Positions 18,302 through 29,160 of a DNA stretch of 64,000 nt are shown piece after piece. A program made the translations under genes and the position numbers. Position 1 is the stretch's first letter; each line of letters begins with the position of its first letter. A model generated the notes under the pieces. It ran no database searches. It was given only the letters and a program-made list of their open reading frames with translations, and had not been told where the DNA came from. The DNA is taken from the NCBI GenBank assembly GCA_965261585.1, contig CBDHDN010000064.1, positions 51,824 through 115,823 on the forward strand. Reading direction: 5' to 3'. The DNA is from Alphaproteobacteria bacterium (GTDB taxonomy: Bacteria; Pseudomonadota; Alphaproteobacteria; UBA6615).

Positions 18302-21214
18302 TCAGTCGGGTGCGGTGCCGGCGCCTGCCGCGAGCTCTGACAGGAGGGCTCTTGCTTCGTCTTCCTCGGCAAACGGGGCGCCGTCGGCGAACGCGGCCGC
18401 CAGCTGCTCGCGCGCATCGTCGAGCCGGCCCAGTGCCTGCAGCGCCACGGCCAGGTGATAGCGCACGCCGGCGTCGTTCGACGCCCGCGCGTGGGCCTCG
18501 CGCAGCAAGGTCAGGCCGCGCTGGACCTCCGCATTGTTGACCAATACCCAGCCCAGCGTGTCGATGGTGCCGGCGCTGTTCGGAGCAAGTCCGTAGGCGC
18601 GCTCTGCCAGTTCCACGGCGCGCGGATCACCGGCCCGCTGGTACAGCCAGGCCAGATTGGTGAGGATGGCGGCGTCGTCGGGGCGTTCGGCCGCCAATTG
18701 CTCATGCTGCTCGAGCGCCGTCTCGTAGTCGCCGACGCCGATGTAGGCGCTGGCCAGCGCGTTTTGCACCACCGCGTCGTCCGGGTGCCGCTCGATCCAG
18801 CGCTCCAGCTCGCGAAGCCCGCGTCGCGCCTGCCCCGCCGCGCGCCGCGCGCCGTAGAGCCGAACGACCAGGGCCGAGCTTGGCTCCATGCGCAGGCCAT
18901 TCTCATAGGCGGCGACCGCCTCATGGATGCGCCCGGCGCCGATCAGGACGTCGCCGGCGACCACCTCGCCCAGCGGCGACGACGGGTGCGAGGCGCGGAT
19001 GGTGGCGGCCATCTCCAGCGCCTTGTCTATGTTGCCGGCCTGGGCCTCCAGCATGGCCAGCGAGGCGCGCGCCGCGAGATGGCCCGGATCGGTCCGCAGC
19101 GCGCGCACCAGGGTGCTGCGGGCGCTTGCGACGTCGCGGGCGACGATCTGGAGGTCGGCGATCACGGTGAGCCGGTCGGGCGACCGCGACGACAGGGCGG
19201 CGGCGGTCCGGAACGACTTGCCGGCATCGATCCGCTCGTGCACGGCAAGCTGTGCACGGCCCTTGGCGATCATCACGGCAGCGCTGGCCGGGTTGTTCGT
19301 CTCCATCTCGCGCGCCAGATAGAGCGCCGCGGTCGGCCTGTCGGCGAGCATGTAGACCTCGAAAAGGCGCAACTGCGCTTCGAGATTGCGCGGATCGGCC
19401 GCCCGCAGCTTTTCAAGCCACGTCGCCGCGGTCGCGAGGTCTCCGGCCGCCTGGGCGATGGCGGAGAGCTCGCTCATCGCCCGACTGTTGTTGCGGTTCC
19501 GTTGCAGCACGGTGTCGTAGAGGGCTCTCGCGCCCGTCACGTCGCCGTTCGCAATAAGCAAGCCGGCCAGATTGAAATAGGAGGGCAAATAGTCCGGATC
19601 GAGGGCGATCGCGTGCTCCAACTCGCCGCGACCCTGCTCCACCTGGCCCAGCCCGGCATGGGCGGTGCCGGTCAGATTGCGCAGCTCGGGGTCGCCCGGA
19701 TTCTGTGCGGCAAGCGCGGTGGCGACGGCCAGCGCCTCGGTGTAGTTGTGGTCCTCGAGGTGGATGGCGGCAAGCATCGAGCCGGTTCGCACCGAGGTGG
19801 GATCGATGGCGCGGGCAGCCTCGAGGTCCTTGACGGCCTGGCGGCGTTGTCCGCCCGCCAGCCGGGCCGTGGCCAGCTGCGCGAGCAACTCGATGTTGTT
19901 CGGCTCCAGTTGCGTCGCTTCCGCCAGGGCCGCGGTCGCGTCCTCGAAGCGCCCGCCGTCCATGTAGGCGCGGCCTATGAGCAGCAGCAGCTGCGGGTCG
20001 TTCGGGGCCAGCGGCGGGGCAGGCTCGAGGATCCGCACGGCCTCGGCCGGGTCATCGGCCCGCAGCAGGATGTCGCCCAGCATCCTGCGGGCGCCCGCGT
20101 GATGCGCGACGAGCTTGACGTAGCGGTCCAGGTAGGGCCGGGCGTCCTGATAGTTGCCCTGGGCGTAGTGCAGGATCCCCGACAGCAGCAGGTTCGGCGG
20201 GTCGTTGAGCACTGCGTCCGGATCCAGGCTGCCCATGATCAGCGCCGCCTCACGCAGCACACTCTGGGCAGCGGCCGGATCGCCCTGGCGGGTGAACAAT
20301 AGGGCCTGCAGATACGCCGCGCGCGGATCGAGAGGAATTTCCTGTATGACGAAGTCGACGTCGGCCTTGGCGCGGTCATGCTCGCCGAGGTCGATCAGCG
20401 TGGACGCGCGGGCGAGGCGGGCCTCGATTTGGCCGGGCGCCAGCTCGATGGCCCGGTCGTAGTCCGTGACCGCATCGCCCGGCGCGCCGCGCACCCGGTG
20501 GATGTCACCCTTCACGAACCACGCGTTCGGGTTTTCCGTATCGAGCGCGACCGCCTCGTCGACGAGCGTTTCCGCGTCGGCAAAGTTGCCGCTACCGAGC
20601 GCCAGGCGCGCCAGTCCCAGGACGGCGCCGGGATTCTCGGGATCGAGGCGCCGCGCGAGGGCAAGCGCCTTTTCGGCGTCGTCGTTGTCTCTTTGCTCGA
20701 GGTGCGCGAGGCCGCGGATCAGCATGATTTGCGCCTCGGCCTTGGCCGGCCGACCACCCGGTCGGATAGTCTCGAGAAGCTGCTTGAACTTGCGCTGCCG
20801 CAGGTAGGCCTCGGCCAGCGCCGGCAGGATGAGGACCTCGTCGGCGCCGGCCTGCAGGGCTCGCGTAAACGCCTGCTCGGCCTCGGCCGCATCGCCGTTG
20901 TGCAGGTGTGCCTGGCCGATGAGGATGCGGGCCGGCAGATTGTCCGGATCCGCCCGCAGTGCGTTCGTCAGTTGCACGACCGCGTTTGTGTAGTCGCCCC
21001 GGTTGTAGCGGGCGAGAGCGTCTTCGTAGTATGGCGCGGCGTCCGCGCCCGGCAGGACGATAGCCTCGGGCAGGGCCGGCTCTGTCTGGTCGGCCGCCGG
21101 CGTCGCTGTCTGGGCGCCTGCCGGCGCCGCGGCAATCAGGGCGACCGCAAGAACCGCGGCTTGCAGCGGGACGAGCCGCGCCGTCACACGATTTTCGCGT
21201 CGCCGTCTGCGCAT
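18302..21214 (-). CDS. PrsT-like TPR-repeat protein (PEP-CTERM system-associated)
   Basis: 970 aa. Signal peptide MRRRRRENRVTARLVPLQAAVLAVALIAAAPAGAQ, then TPR repeats throughout, same architecture as the paralogue at 21446. Confidence 0.6.
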   Translation of the reverse strand: MRRRRRENRVTARLVPLQAAVLAVALIAAAPAGAQTATPAADQTEPALPEAIVLPGADAAPYYEDALARYNRGDYTNAVVQLTNALRADPDNLPARILIGQAHLHNGDAAEAEQAFTRALQAGADEVLILPALAEAYLRQRKFKQLLETIRPGGRPAKAEAQIMLIRGLAHLEQRDNDDAEKALALARRLDPENPGAVLGLARLALGSGNFADAETLVDEAVALDTENPNAWFVKGDIHRVRGAPGDAVTDYDRAIELAPGQIEARLARASTLIDLGEHDRAKADVDFVIQEIPLDPRAAYLQALLFTRQGDPAAAQSVLREAALIMGSLDPDAVLNDPPNLLLSGILHYAQGNYQDARPYLDRYVKLVAHHAGARRMLGDILLRADDPAEAVRILEPAPPLAPNDPQLLLLIGRAYMDGGRFEDATAALAEATQLEPNNIELLAQLATARLAGGQRRQAVKDLEAARAIDPTSVRTGSMLAAIHLEDHNYTEALAVATALAAQNPGDPELRNLTGTAHAGLGQVEQGRGELEHAIALDPDYLPSYFNLAGLLIANGDVTGARALYDTVLQRNRNNSRAMSELSAIAQAAGDLATAATWLEKLRAADPRNLEAQLRLFEVYMLADRPTAALYLAREMETNNPASAAVMIAKGRAQLAVHERIDAGKSFRTAAALSSRSPDRLTVIADLQIVARDVASARSTLVRALRTDPGHLAARASLAMLEAQAGNIDKALEMAATIRASHPSSPLGEVVAGDVLIGAGRIHEAVAAYENGLRMEPSSALVVRLYGARRAAGQARRGLRELERWIERHPDDAVVQNALASAYIGVGDYETALEQHEQLAAERPDDAAILTNLAWLYQRAGDPRAVELAERAYGLAPNSAGTIDTLGWVLVNNAEVQRGLTLLREAHARASNDAGVRYHLAVALQALGRLDDAREQLAAAFADGAPFAEEDEARALLSELAAGAGTAPD

Positions 21215-21445
21215 CCTGTCGCGTCCCTGCAAGGCCGCCCGGACGATCGGGACGTCGCACAGGCGGCGGCCAGAGCCTCGCACCATATCCTTTCGAAGCC
21301 GGAAACCTGGCGCCGGCTCGTTTCCGGATTGTTAAGTGCCGCCATCTATTCCCTTCCGGGCGCGGTCACGACGCGGGTGCGTGAGTGGCCTTGCGCTCGC
21401 GCTTCGCAACGCCCCGCGCGTGGTTGTGTCGTCGCGGGCGGTTTG

Positions 21446-24274
21446 ATGTCACGGATGACCCTTGCTTTTCCGGTGATGACGGCCCGTTGGCTGGCGGGCG
21501 TGCACACGGGCCGGGCGCGTGGCGCCGGTGTTGCGTTCCTGGCCGGGCTCGCCCTGCTGGCGGCGTCGGCGGCCTTCGCGGCGACGGGCCCGGCACCCAC
21601 CGCCGTCCAGCCGGCGTTCTATGACGATGCGCTCCAGCGATATCGCGAAGGCGACTACCGGGGCGCCGTCATCCAGCTAAAGAACGTGCTGCAGGGCGAC
21701 CCGGACAACATAGCGGCGCGGTTGCTGATCGGTCAGGCGTATCTGGCGCTCGACGAGGTGGCCGCCGCGGAGAAGGAGCTGCGGCTGGCGCTGCGCTACG
21801 GTGCCGATCCCGCGCTCGTCGCGGTGCCGCTCGGCGACGCCTACCTCAAGCAGGGAAAGTACCTGGAACTGCTTGAGGACATCACGGTTCGGGCGCTGCC
21901 GGCCAAGCGCGCGGCCGACGTTCTTGCCCTGCGCGGCCGCGCACACATTGGCCTCAAGCAACCCAACCAGGCGACCGCGGTTTTTCGTGCGGCGCTGGAA
22001 CAGCGGCCCGATCACCCGGCCTCGCTCGTCGGCCTGGCGCAGATTGCGCTGGCCGGCGGCGAGGTCGAAACCGCCAAGCGCTACGCTGCCGAGGCGCAGG
22101 CCCGCGACCCCGAATCCCACGATGTGCTGTTCGCACTCGGCGAGATCAGCCGGGTGCTGCAGGATCTCGACGCCGCGCTCGCCCACTACGACCGGGCCAT
22201 CGCGGTCGCGCCGCGCTCTTTCGTCGCCCGCCTCGCCCGGGCTGCCGTGTTGATGGACCTTGGCCGCCATGAGGCCGCCCTCGCCGACATCGAGTTCCTG
22301 CGGGCCCAGCGCCCCGACGATCCGAACGTCGCCTATTTGCAGGCCTTGGCCCTGGTGCGCGACAGCAAGGTGAGCGAAGGCCGCGAGCTGCTGCGCGGCG
22401 TGGCCAACAGCCTCGACCGGCTCGACGCCGCCGACCTCCGGTCGCATCCCCCCAACGTTCTCATCAACGGCGTTGCGCACTATGCCCTCGGGCATTTCGA
22501 AAACGCCGAACGCAACCTCAAGACTTTCCTGCGATTGCGGCCGCGTCATGGCGGCGCGCGCATGTTGCTGGGGCGGCTGCTGATCGACCGGGGAAAGGCT
22601 GCGCAGGCCCTGATATTTCTGCGGCCCGCGCTTTCGATCACGCCCGACGATCCCGAACTGCATTCGCTGATCGGTGCGGCGCATATGCAGCTGCGGGAAT
22701 TCGCCGATGCGATCGCCATGTTCGAGCGCGCCGCCACGCTGGCGCCCGACAGCGCCAGGTTGCATACACGCCTGGCGCTGGCGCGAATCGCCGTGGGCGA
22801 GACGGATCGGGCGCTGGCCGAGCTGGCGGTCGGGTTGGGTGGCGCTGCCGTGGATCGTGAACGCAGCATATTGCTGGCGTTCACGCAGTTCAGCAGTGGC
22901 CGCTATCGTGCGGCGTTGGCGACGACGAAAGCGGCGATCGACGGCGGCCTGCGCGACCCGATCCTACACAATCTAGCGGGTGCCGCCCAGCTGGCAACGG
23001 GGCAGGTCGCGGCGGCCCGGGCCAGCTTCGAGACCGTCCTTGCCATCGACGCGGCGTTCCCGCCCGCACGCTACAACCTGGCGACGCTCGAAGCGGCCAG
23101 TGGAAACCCGGCGGCCGCCAAGGCCCACTACCTTGCGATCTACAACGCCAACGCCGGCGAGACACGGGCCATGCTTGGCCTGGCCACGATTGCCGAGAAC
23201 GAAGGCAGTCTTGGTGCGGTGATCCGCTGGCTTGAACGCGTTCGGCGCAGCAATGCCGCCGCCGTCGGTCCGCAAGCCCGCCTTGTCGACCTCTATCTCC
23301 GTGCCAACCGGCCCGAGGCCGCACTCGAGGCCGCGCGCCGGCTTCAGGACCGCGCCGGCGGCCTGACCGACGTGCAGGCCCTGCAAGCGCTTGGCCGGGC
23401 CGAGTTGGCGGGCGGCGATCTGGCGAAAGCAGCGGCGACGTTCGAGCGCAGCGCGGTGCTCATGGCCGACCGCGCGGCCGGCCTGCTGCGCGTCCATCGG
23501 TTTCAGATCGCGGCCAACGACGTCGCCGGCGCGCGGCGATCGCTCGACCGGGCCCTGGCCATCGACCCGGACTCCGTGGCCATCAACGTCGCCTTGATCC
23601 GGCTCATCGCCGACAGCGGGGACCTCGACGATGCGATGGCGCGGGCCGCCGCACTGGCGCGGGCGCATCCGACGTCGTCTATCGGCGACGGTCTGCACGG
23701 CGACATCCTCGCGCAGCTTGGCCGCGCCGCCGACGCCGCCGACGTCTATGCGCAGGCGCTCAGGTTCAATCCCACCGGCAGCCTGGTCGTGCGCTTCTAT
23801 CAGGCCAGTCGCGATGCCGGCCGGGCCGTGGCGGCCTTGTCGACGCTGGAGAGTTGGGTCCAGGCCAATCCCGCGGACGCCGTGGCTTACCGTGCCCTCG
23901 CGACGGCCTATATCGATGTCGGCCGCCACGCCGCGGCGACGGCGGCCCACGAAGCGCTGATCGAGGCCCTGCCGGATGATGCGGCGCTGTTGAACAATCT
24001 GGCCTGGCTCTATCAGCGGGCCGGCGATCCGCGCGCGCTCGGCCTGGCGCGCCAGGCCTACGCGCTGGCGCCGGACCAGCCGGGGCCGGGCGATACGTTT
24101 GGCTGGAGCCTCGTCCAGCAGGGCCAGCCGGCGCGGGGGCTGACAATCCTGCGCGATGCCCACGCCCGCGATGACGACGCGCGGGCGGAGCTCGAGCGTG
24201 CATTGGCCGCGGGACAGCGCTTCGACGGCGACGCCGACGCCAGCGCCCTGCTGCGCCGGCTGTCCGGCGACTAG
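21446..24274 (+). CDS. PrsT-like TPR-repeat protein, second paralogue, divergently transcribed
   Basis: 942 aa. Signal peptide MSRMTLAFPVMTARWLAGVHTG...LAASAAFA then TPR repeats. Its TAG stop codon lies within the CTAG flank of the IS1380 copy. Confidence 0.6.
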   Translation: MSRMTLAFPVMTARWLAGVHTGRARGAGVAFLAGLALLAASAAFAATGPAPTAVQPAFYDDALQRYREGDYRGAVIQLKNVLQGDPDNIAARLLIGQAYLALDEVAAAEKELRLALRYGADPALVAVPLGDAYLKQGKYLELLEDITVRALPAKRAADVLALRGRAHIGLKQPNQATAVFRAALEQRPDHPASLVGLAQIALAGGEVETAKRYAAEAQARDPESHDVLFALGEISRVLQDLDAALAHYDRAIAVAPRSFVARLARAAVLMDLGRHEAALADIEFLRAQRPDDPNVAYLQALALVRDSKVSEGRELLRGVANSLDRLDAADLRSHPPNVLINGVAHYALGHFENAERNLKTFLRLRPRHGGARMLLGRLLIDRGKAAQALIFLRPALSITPDDPELHSLIGAAHMQLREFADAIAMFERAATLAPDSARLHTRLALARIAVGETDRALAELAVGLGGAAVDRERSILLAFTQFSSGRYRAALATTKAAIDGGLRDPILHNLAGAAQLATGQVAAARASFETVLAIDAAFPPARYNLATLEAASGNPAAAKAHYLAIYNANAGETRAMLGLATIAENEGSLGAVIRWLERVRRSNAAAVGPQARLVDLYLRANRPEAALEAARRLQDRAGGLTDVQALQALGRAELAGGDLAKAAATFERSAVLMADRAAGLLRVHRFQIAANDVAGARRSLDRALAIDPDSVAINVALIRLIADSGDLDDAMARAAALARAHPTSSIGDGLHGDILAQLGRAADAADVYAQALRFNPTGSLVVRFYQASRDAGRAVAALSTLESWVQANPADAVAYRALATAYIDVGRHAAATAAHEALIEALPDDAALLNNLAWLYQRAGDPRALGLARQAYALAPDQPGPGDTFGWSLVQQGQPARGLTILRDAHARDDDARAELERALAAGQRFDGDADASALLRRLSGD

Positions 24275-25878
24275 CCCGGATATTTCATGATGCGAATGAT
24301 TGTGTCCTGTTGGGCCGGTCATCTGTCTCGAATGAGGCGAATCGGGACGGGTTTTGACCGGGGTTCATGGCCGCGGTGCAGGAGCGAAGCATTACGGTGT
24401 TCGGTGGCGGCGAGCGGTCGCGTTTACTGGTTGCCGCGGCACGGCATTGGGATCGTGTAAGGGACCGAAGGGGCGGCCGCTATCCTGGTTCGAGCCTGGT
24501 GGCGACCAGTGTGAACAGGGCCTGATCGGGACAGGCCGAGGAGAGCAGGAAGCGGACCCGACGGGTGTTGCGGATGACGACGGCGCCGATCTTGAGCAAG
24601 CGCAGGCGGATCGTGCCGACCTGGGCGCGGGCGGCCTCGGTGCCGGCGAGGCCGAAGCGCCGGATCGCCGTCATCAGCACGTAGGCGAGACTGGCCAGGA
24701 GCAGGCGGAACTGGTTCGGCCACCAGCGATGGGCCGAGGTGCGGTCAGAGAACAGCTCGAACTGCTCCTTGATGCGGTTCTCCATGTCGCCGCGGGCACA
24801 GTAGAGCATGTCGTAGAGCGCCATGCCGTCACCGGCGAGGCTGGTCACCACGAAGCGCGGGTTGGCGCCGCGGGCGGTGTGTTCGAGGCGCGCGATGACG
24901 CGCCGCTCGCGGTTCCACGTCCCGGCGCCATAGCGGAGTTCGGCGAAGTGCCGTTGCTTGTCGCCGGTCGTGGCGAACAGTGCGCGCGCCTGGGCCATCA
25001 CGGGCGCCGCCAGCGCCTCCAGCCGCTTGTTCCTGGCCAGGCCGATGATGTAGTCGACGCCGTGACGCTCGCACCACGACAGCATGCGCCAGCGGCAGAA
25101 GCCGGAGTCCGCCCGCACGATGATGCGCACGGCGGGCCAGGCCAGGCGCAGCCGCCGCACCAGCAGCTTCAGCACTGCACCGGCATGCTTCGCCGGGTCG
25201 ATGTCCGAGCGTCGCAGGTAGGCCGCCAGCAGATGATCGCCGGCGAACACGTAAAGCGGCAGGAAGCAGTAGTGGTCGTAGTAGCCATGGAAGAACCGGC
25301 CTTCTTGATGGCCGTGAACCGGGTCGTCCGTGGCATCGAAGTCGAGCACGATCTCGGCTGGCGGATCACCATGCGCGGCGATGAAGGCATCCGCCAGGAC
25401 CTCGTGGATCGCCCACGCCCAGCTCGCCTCGGCCTGGTTCTCGAAGCGGCACAGCGTCGGCGCGCTGGCCAGCGCCCGGTCCTGCCCCGTCGCCGTCTGC
25501 ACCGCCACATCGTGGCGCAGCTCGGTGTGATCGTTCAGATCCTCATAGCCCAGCGCGATCGCGAACACCCGCTGGCGCAGCATGTCGACGAAGCGATGCC
25601 TGACCTTGCCGCGCTGGCGCCTGTCGCCGAGCCGACGCGCCACCGCCGCCGTCAGACCCAACCGCCGGTCCGCCTGGCGTAACAGCAGCACGCCGCCGTT
25701 GCTCGTCACATCGCCGCCGTCAAACGCCGCCTCGATCCGCCGCTTGCGGCAGACTGGAAACAGCACCGTCTCAGGGGTACAATTCGTCACCGCCGGGCTC
25801 CTGCGTTTGATCCGATCTAGGCAATTGAATCATAACGCATATTGGGAGTTCGGCGGTGCCTTTCGTGAATCTTCCAGG
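24275..25878 (-). mobile_element. IS1380-family insertion sequence, copy 1
   Basis: IRs CCCGGATATTTCATGA / rc CCTGGAAGATTCACGA. Flanked by CTAG on both sides (24271-24274 and 25879-25882). Matches copy 2 except for isolated point differences. Confidence 0.8.
24480..25790 (-). CDS. IS1380-family DDE transposase
   Basis: 436 aa, ...VRADSGFCRW...YCARGDMENRIKEQFELF... Confidence 0.8.
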   Translation of the reverse strand: MTNCTPETVLFPVCRKRRIEAAFDGGDVTSNGGVLLLRQADRRLGLTAAVARRLGDRRQRGKVRHRFVDMLRQRVFAIALGYEDLNDHTELRHDVAVQTATGQDRALASAPTLCRFENQAEASWAWAIHEVLADAFIAAHGDPPAEIVLDFDATDDPVHGHQEGRFFHGYYDHYCFLPLYVFAGDHLLAAYLRRSDIDPAKHAGAVLKLLVRRLRLAWPAVRIIVRADSGFCRWRMLSWCERHGVDYIIGLARNKRLEALAAPVMAQARALFATTGDKQRHFAELRYGAGTWNRERRVIARLEHTARGANPRFVVTSLAGDGMALYDMLYCARGDMENRIKEQFELFSDRTSAHRWWPNQFRLLLASLAYVLMTAIRRFGLAGTEAARAQVGTIRLRLLKIGAVVIRNTRRVRFLLSSACPDQALFTLVATRLEPG

Positions 25879-25915
25879 CTAGCAGTCCTCGTCGCGGTCG
25901 CCGCGGCGCCGAACG

Positions 25916-26554
25916 CTAGGAACCGTCGAACGTCAGCTGCTGGGAGGTGTTGATGTGCACCTCGATTCGCCGCACCGCCAGCGCCTCGTCGCGGGTCTTG
26001 CAGGCGGCGAGGATTGCCAGGTGCTCCTTTAGCGCCGGCACCAGGCGCGGCCGCGGCAGGCGGTTGCCGCCGCCGCGGATCAGGCGGATGCGGGCCGCGT
26101 TGATGCGATAGGCCTCGGCGATGATCTCGTTGTCGAGGCTGTCGATAAAGGCGTCGTGCATGCGCCAGTCGATCTCGACGGCTTCCTCCTGCAGCCGCGG
26201 CGTGATCGACTGCTCGGCGCGCCGCACGATGCGCCGGGTCGCGTCCTCGAGGCGCTCCATATCGCCGACGGCGGCCGTACCCGCGAAGTGGCGCACCGCT
26301 TCTCGCTCCAGCACCAGGCGGAACTGATAGGCCGTACGGATCAGCCGCGCGCTTGCCTGCGCCACCTGGACCCCGCGCTGGGGGTAGACCTTGAGCAGGG
26401 ATTCGAACTCGAGGCGCTGGATCGCCTCGCGCGCCGCGCCCAGCGGCACACCGATCAGCTTGGCCAATTCGCGCTGGGTGACGAATTGACCGGGCTTCAG
26501 ATCGCCCGACAGCAGACGCTCGTGAAACTGTTCGTAGGCCTTCAGACGCAGCAT
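25916..26554 (-). CDS. GntR-family transcriptional regulator (FCD-type)
   Basis: N-terminal wHTH ...GQFVTQRELAKLIGVPLGAAREAIQRLEFESLL... plus C-terminal all-alpha domain. Confidence 0.7.
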   Translation of the reverse strand: MLRLKAYEQFHERLLSGDLKPGQFVTQRELAKLIGVPLGAAREAIQRLEFESLLKVYPQRGVQVAQASARLIRTAYQFRLVLEREAVRHFAGTAAVGDMERLEDATRRIVRRAEQSITPRLQEEAVEIDWRMHDAFIDSLDNEIIAEAYRINAARIRLIRGGGNRLPRPRLVPALKEHLAILAACKTRDEALAVRRIEVHINTSQQLTFDGS

Positions 26555-26670
26555 CCGGCGGCATCGCTCGATGGTTCAGCGGTCAGCCCGACTATGCCAC
26601 GGCCAGATGGTGATTGCAGGCTGATTAATCAGTGTTGTATTAATTTGTGCAGGGGAGGATCGCGACCGGC

Positions 26671-27800
26671 ATGCCCGAGCCCATCCGCGTTGCCCGGATC
26701 GAGACCGTGCGCCTGCGTGCCGAGGCGAGCGGGCTGCCGTCGTCCAGTCTCGGCACGATGCGCGCCCGCAACGGGCTGCTCGTGAAGGTCGAGGATGCCG
26801 GCGGCGCGTTCGGCTGGGGCGAGGTGTGGTGCAACTTCCCGCCCCATGCCGCCGCGTCGCGGCAGCAGCTGCTGGAGGCCGTCATCGCGCCCGAGCTGGT
26901 CGGCGAGCGCTTCGCCCATCCCCGGCAGGTCCGGCCGCACCTGGAGGCGCGCTGGACGCGCATGGCGACCCATGTCGGTGAGCCCGGTCCGTTCGGGCAC
27001 TGCATCGCCGGCCTCGACATGGCGGTGTGGGATCTGCAGGCTCGGCGCCGCGGGCAGCCCCTGGCGACCCTGCTGAACGGGGCGCCGGCCGACAGCGTCC
27101 CGGTCTATGCCAGCACCCTCGATCCGGCGCGGGCGCCAGCGCTGGCCGGCGAGCTCGTTGCCGCCGGGCACAACGCCTTCAAGGTGAAAGTCGGCCACGA
27201 CGCGGACCGCGACGAAGCGCTCGTCCGCTCGGTGCGCGAGGCTATCGGTGCCGGGCCGGCCATCATGGTCGACGCCAACCAGGCATGGTCGGTGGCCGAG
27301 GCCGCCGCTGCGATCAATCGGCTGGCGCGCCACGGCGTGTCGTTCGCCGAGGAACCGCTGTCGGCGCTGGCGCCCGTCGAAGACTGGGTCGACCTGGCCC
27401 GCCAGACCGACGTACGCTGGCCGCCGGCGAGAACATCTGCGCCGATGCCCTGTACGACGCCCATGTGGCGGCCGGCGCGCTGGCATTCTATCAGCCCGAC
27501 GTGGCAAAATGGGGCGGCATCGGCGGTTGCGCCGCAGTCGGCCGCCTGGTCGTCGACAAGGGTTTCGCCTACTGCCCCCACTTCATGGGCACGGCCGTCG
27601 GCCTGGCCGCGTCGCTGCATTTGCTGGCAGCGGTCGGCGGCCCCGGTTTTGTCGAGCTGGACTCGAACGCCAATCCGCTGCGCACGGCGCTCTGCGACCT
27701 CGACCTCGGCGTCTCGGATGGGCGCGTGCGGATGCCTACCGGCGCCGGCATCGGGATCGTCCCGGAGGCCGCCGCGCTTAGCCAATACCAGGTGACCTGA
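26671..27800 (+). pseudogene. Enolase-superfamily enzyme (mandelate racemase/muconate lactonizing family), frameshift near 27415
   Basis: N-terminal frame ...FKVKVGHDADRDEALVRSVREAIGAGPAIMVDANQAWSVAEAAAAINRLARHGVSFAEEPL.... C-terminal frame ...LAAGENICADALYDAHVAAGALAFYQPDVAKWGGIG... The two frames switch around 27412-27420. Confidence 0.6.
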
Positions 27801-27829
27801 AAATCACGACACACGAAAAGGAGGACCAC

Positions 27830-29104
27830 ATGAAACCGAGAACATGGACAGCGATACTAGCGGCCCTCGCCGTCACCACAGCGGCGGCGACGGTCAGTGC
27901 CCAGGACGTGAAACTGACGTTCCGCTTCAACGATTCCGAGGCCGAGGAGATGCGCGCGGCGCTCGATGTGTTCGAGCAGGAGAACCCGGGCGTCGAGGTC
28001 GAGCTGCAGACGATCGCCTGGAGCGAATCGCGCCAGCAGTTCCTGCGCGAGGCGGCCGTCGGCGAAGGGCCCGATGTGGTCCACATCGCCTTCGTCTGGC
28101 CGCGCGACATGGGCGCCGCAGGCGCCCTGTTGCCGCTCAACGATTTCCTGGAGACCCAGCCGATCCAGGCCGGTTTCGACGACTTCATCGCGACGGAGCT
28201 CGCTGTCGGCGCCGACGGCAACATCTATGGCGTGCCGTGGACGACCGACACCTGGGCGATGGTCTACCGCACCGACGTATTGGCGGACGCCGGGCTCAGC
28301 GAGATCCCGCGCACCTGGGACGCGCTGCGCGACGCCAGCCGGACGATCAACGAGAAGACCGGCAAGGTCGGCTTCGGCTTCCCCGCCGGCAGCGGGTCGA
28401 GCAACACGATCTGGTTCCTCGCCAACTATTACTGGTGGTCGAACGGCGACGCGCTGGTCGTCCCCGACGGCGACGGCTTCAAGACCGGCATCACGGTCGA
28501 AAAGATCGCCGAGGCGATGGCGTACTACGACAGCTTCATCAAGGAGGGCCACAACCCGGAGGCGATGCTGGGCGTCACCAGCTGGTTCGACCCCGCGATC
28601 CTCGAAGGCATGACGAACGGCGACCAGGGCATCGCGATCATGCCGCCGCAGCAGTTCAAGACGATCCTGGCGGCGTACAAGGAGCGCAACCCGGGCGCCA
28701 AACCACCCTTCGTGACGGCGACGACCCCGGCCGGGCCAGCCGGGCCGAAGACCCATCTGGGCGGCCGCATGTTGGGCATCAGCGCCAATACGGAGAACCC
28801 GGACGCGGCCTGGAAGCTGGTCGAGTTCATGACCCGTGAGAATGTGCTGACGACCTACTACGAAAACCAGTTCCCGGCCCAGAAGACACCGCTGCGCAAC
28901 ATCGAGTTCGGCCCGGCCCTCGGCGGCTTTGCCGAGCAGCTGACGTTGGCGCGCAGCTGGGGCGCTTATTCCGACGGGCCGGCGCAGATCGGCAAGATGT
29001 GGAACGACACGGGCCGCGCCTTCGGCTCCGCCTTCATCGGCCAACGCACGTATGCCGAAGCGGCGGCCGAGCTATTGGAGTCGGTCGAAGAGCAGCTTAA
29101 GTAG
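27830..29104 (+). CDS. ABC transporter substrate-binding protein (family 1, sugar type)
   Basis: Signal peptide MKPRTWTAILAALAVTTAAATVSAQ. Family-1 SBP. Confidence 0.75.
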   Translation: MKPRTWTAILAALAVTTAAATVSAQDVKLTFRFNDSEAEEMRAALDVFEQENPGVEVELQTIAWSESRQQFLREAAVGEGPDVVHIAFVWPRDMGAAGALLPLNDFLETQPIQAGFDDFIATELAVGADGNIYGVPWTTDTWAMVYRTDVLADAGLSEIPRTWDALRDASRTINEKTGKVGFGFPAGSGSSNTIWFLANYYWWSNGDALVVPDGDGFKTGITVEKIAEAMAYYDSFIKEGHNPEAMLGVTSWFDPAILEGMTNGDQGIAIMPPQQFKTILAAYKERNPGAKPPFVTATTPAGPAGPKTHLGGRMLGISANTENPDAAWKLVEFMTRENVLTTYYENQFPAQKTPLRNIEFGPALGGFAEQLTLARSWGAYSDGPAQIGKMWNDTGRAFGSAFIGQRTYAEAAAELLESVEEQLK

Positions 29105-29160
29105 GGTTGCCGGTGGGCCGGGGGTGTTCGAGGGACACCCCCGGCCGCGGGGGGCCGGAC

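Noticed and set aside
20378-21445. N-terminal 356-aa extension of the prsT2 ORF
   Set aside because: Antisense to prsT1 and low-complexity. A proper signal peptide begins at Met 21446.
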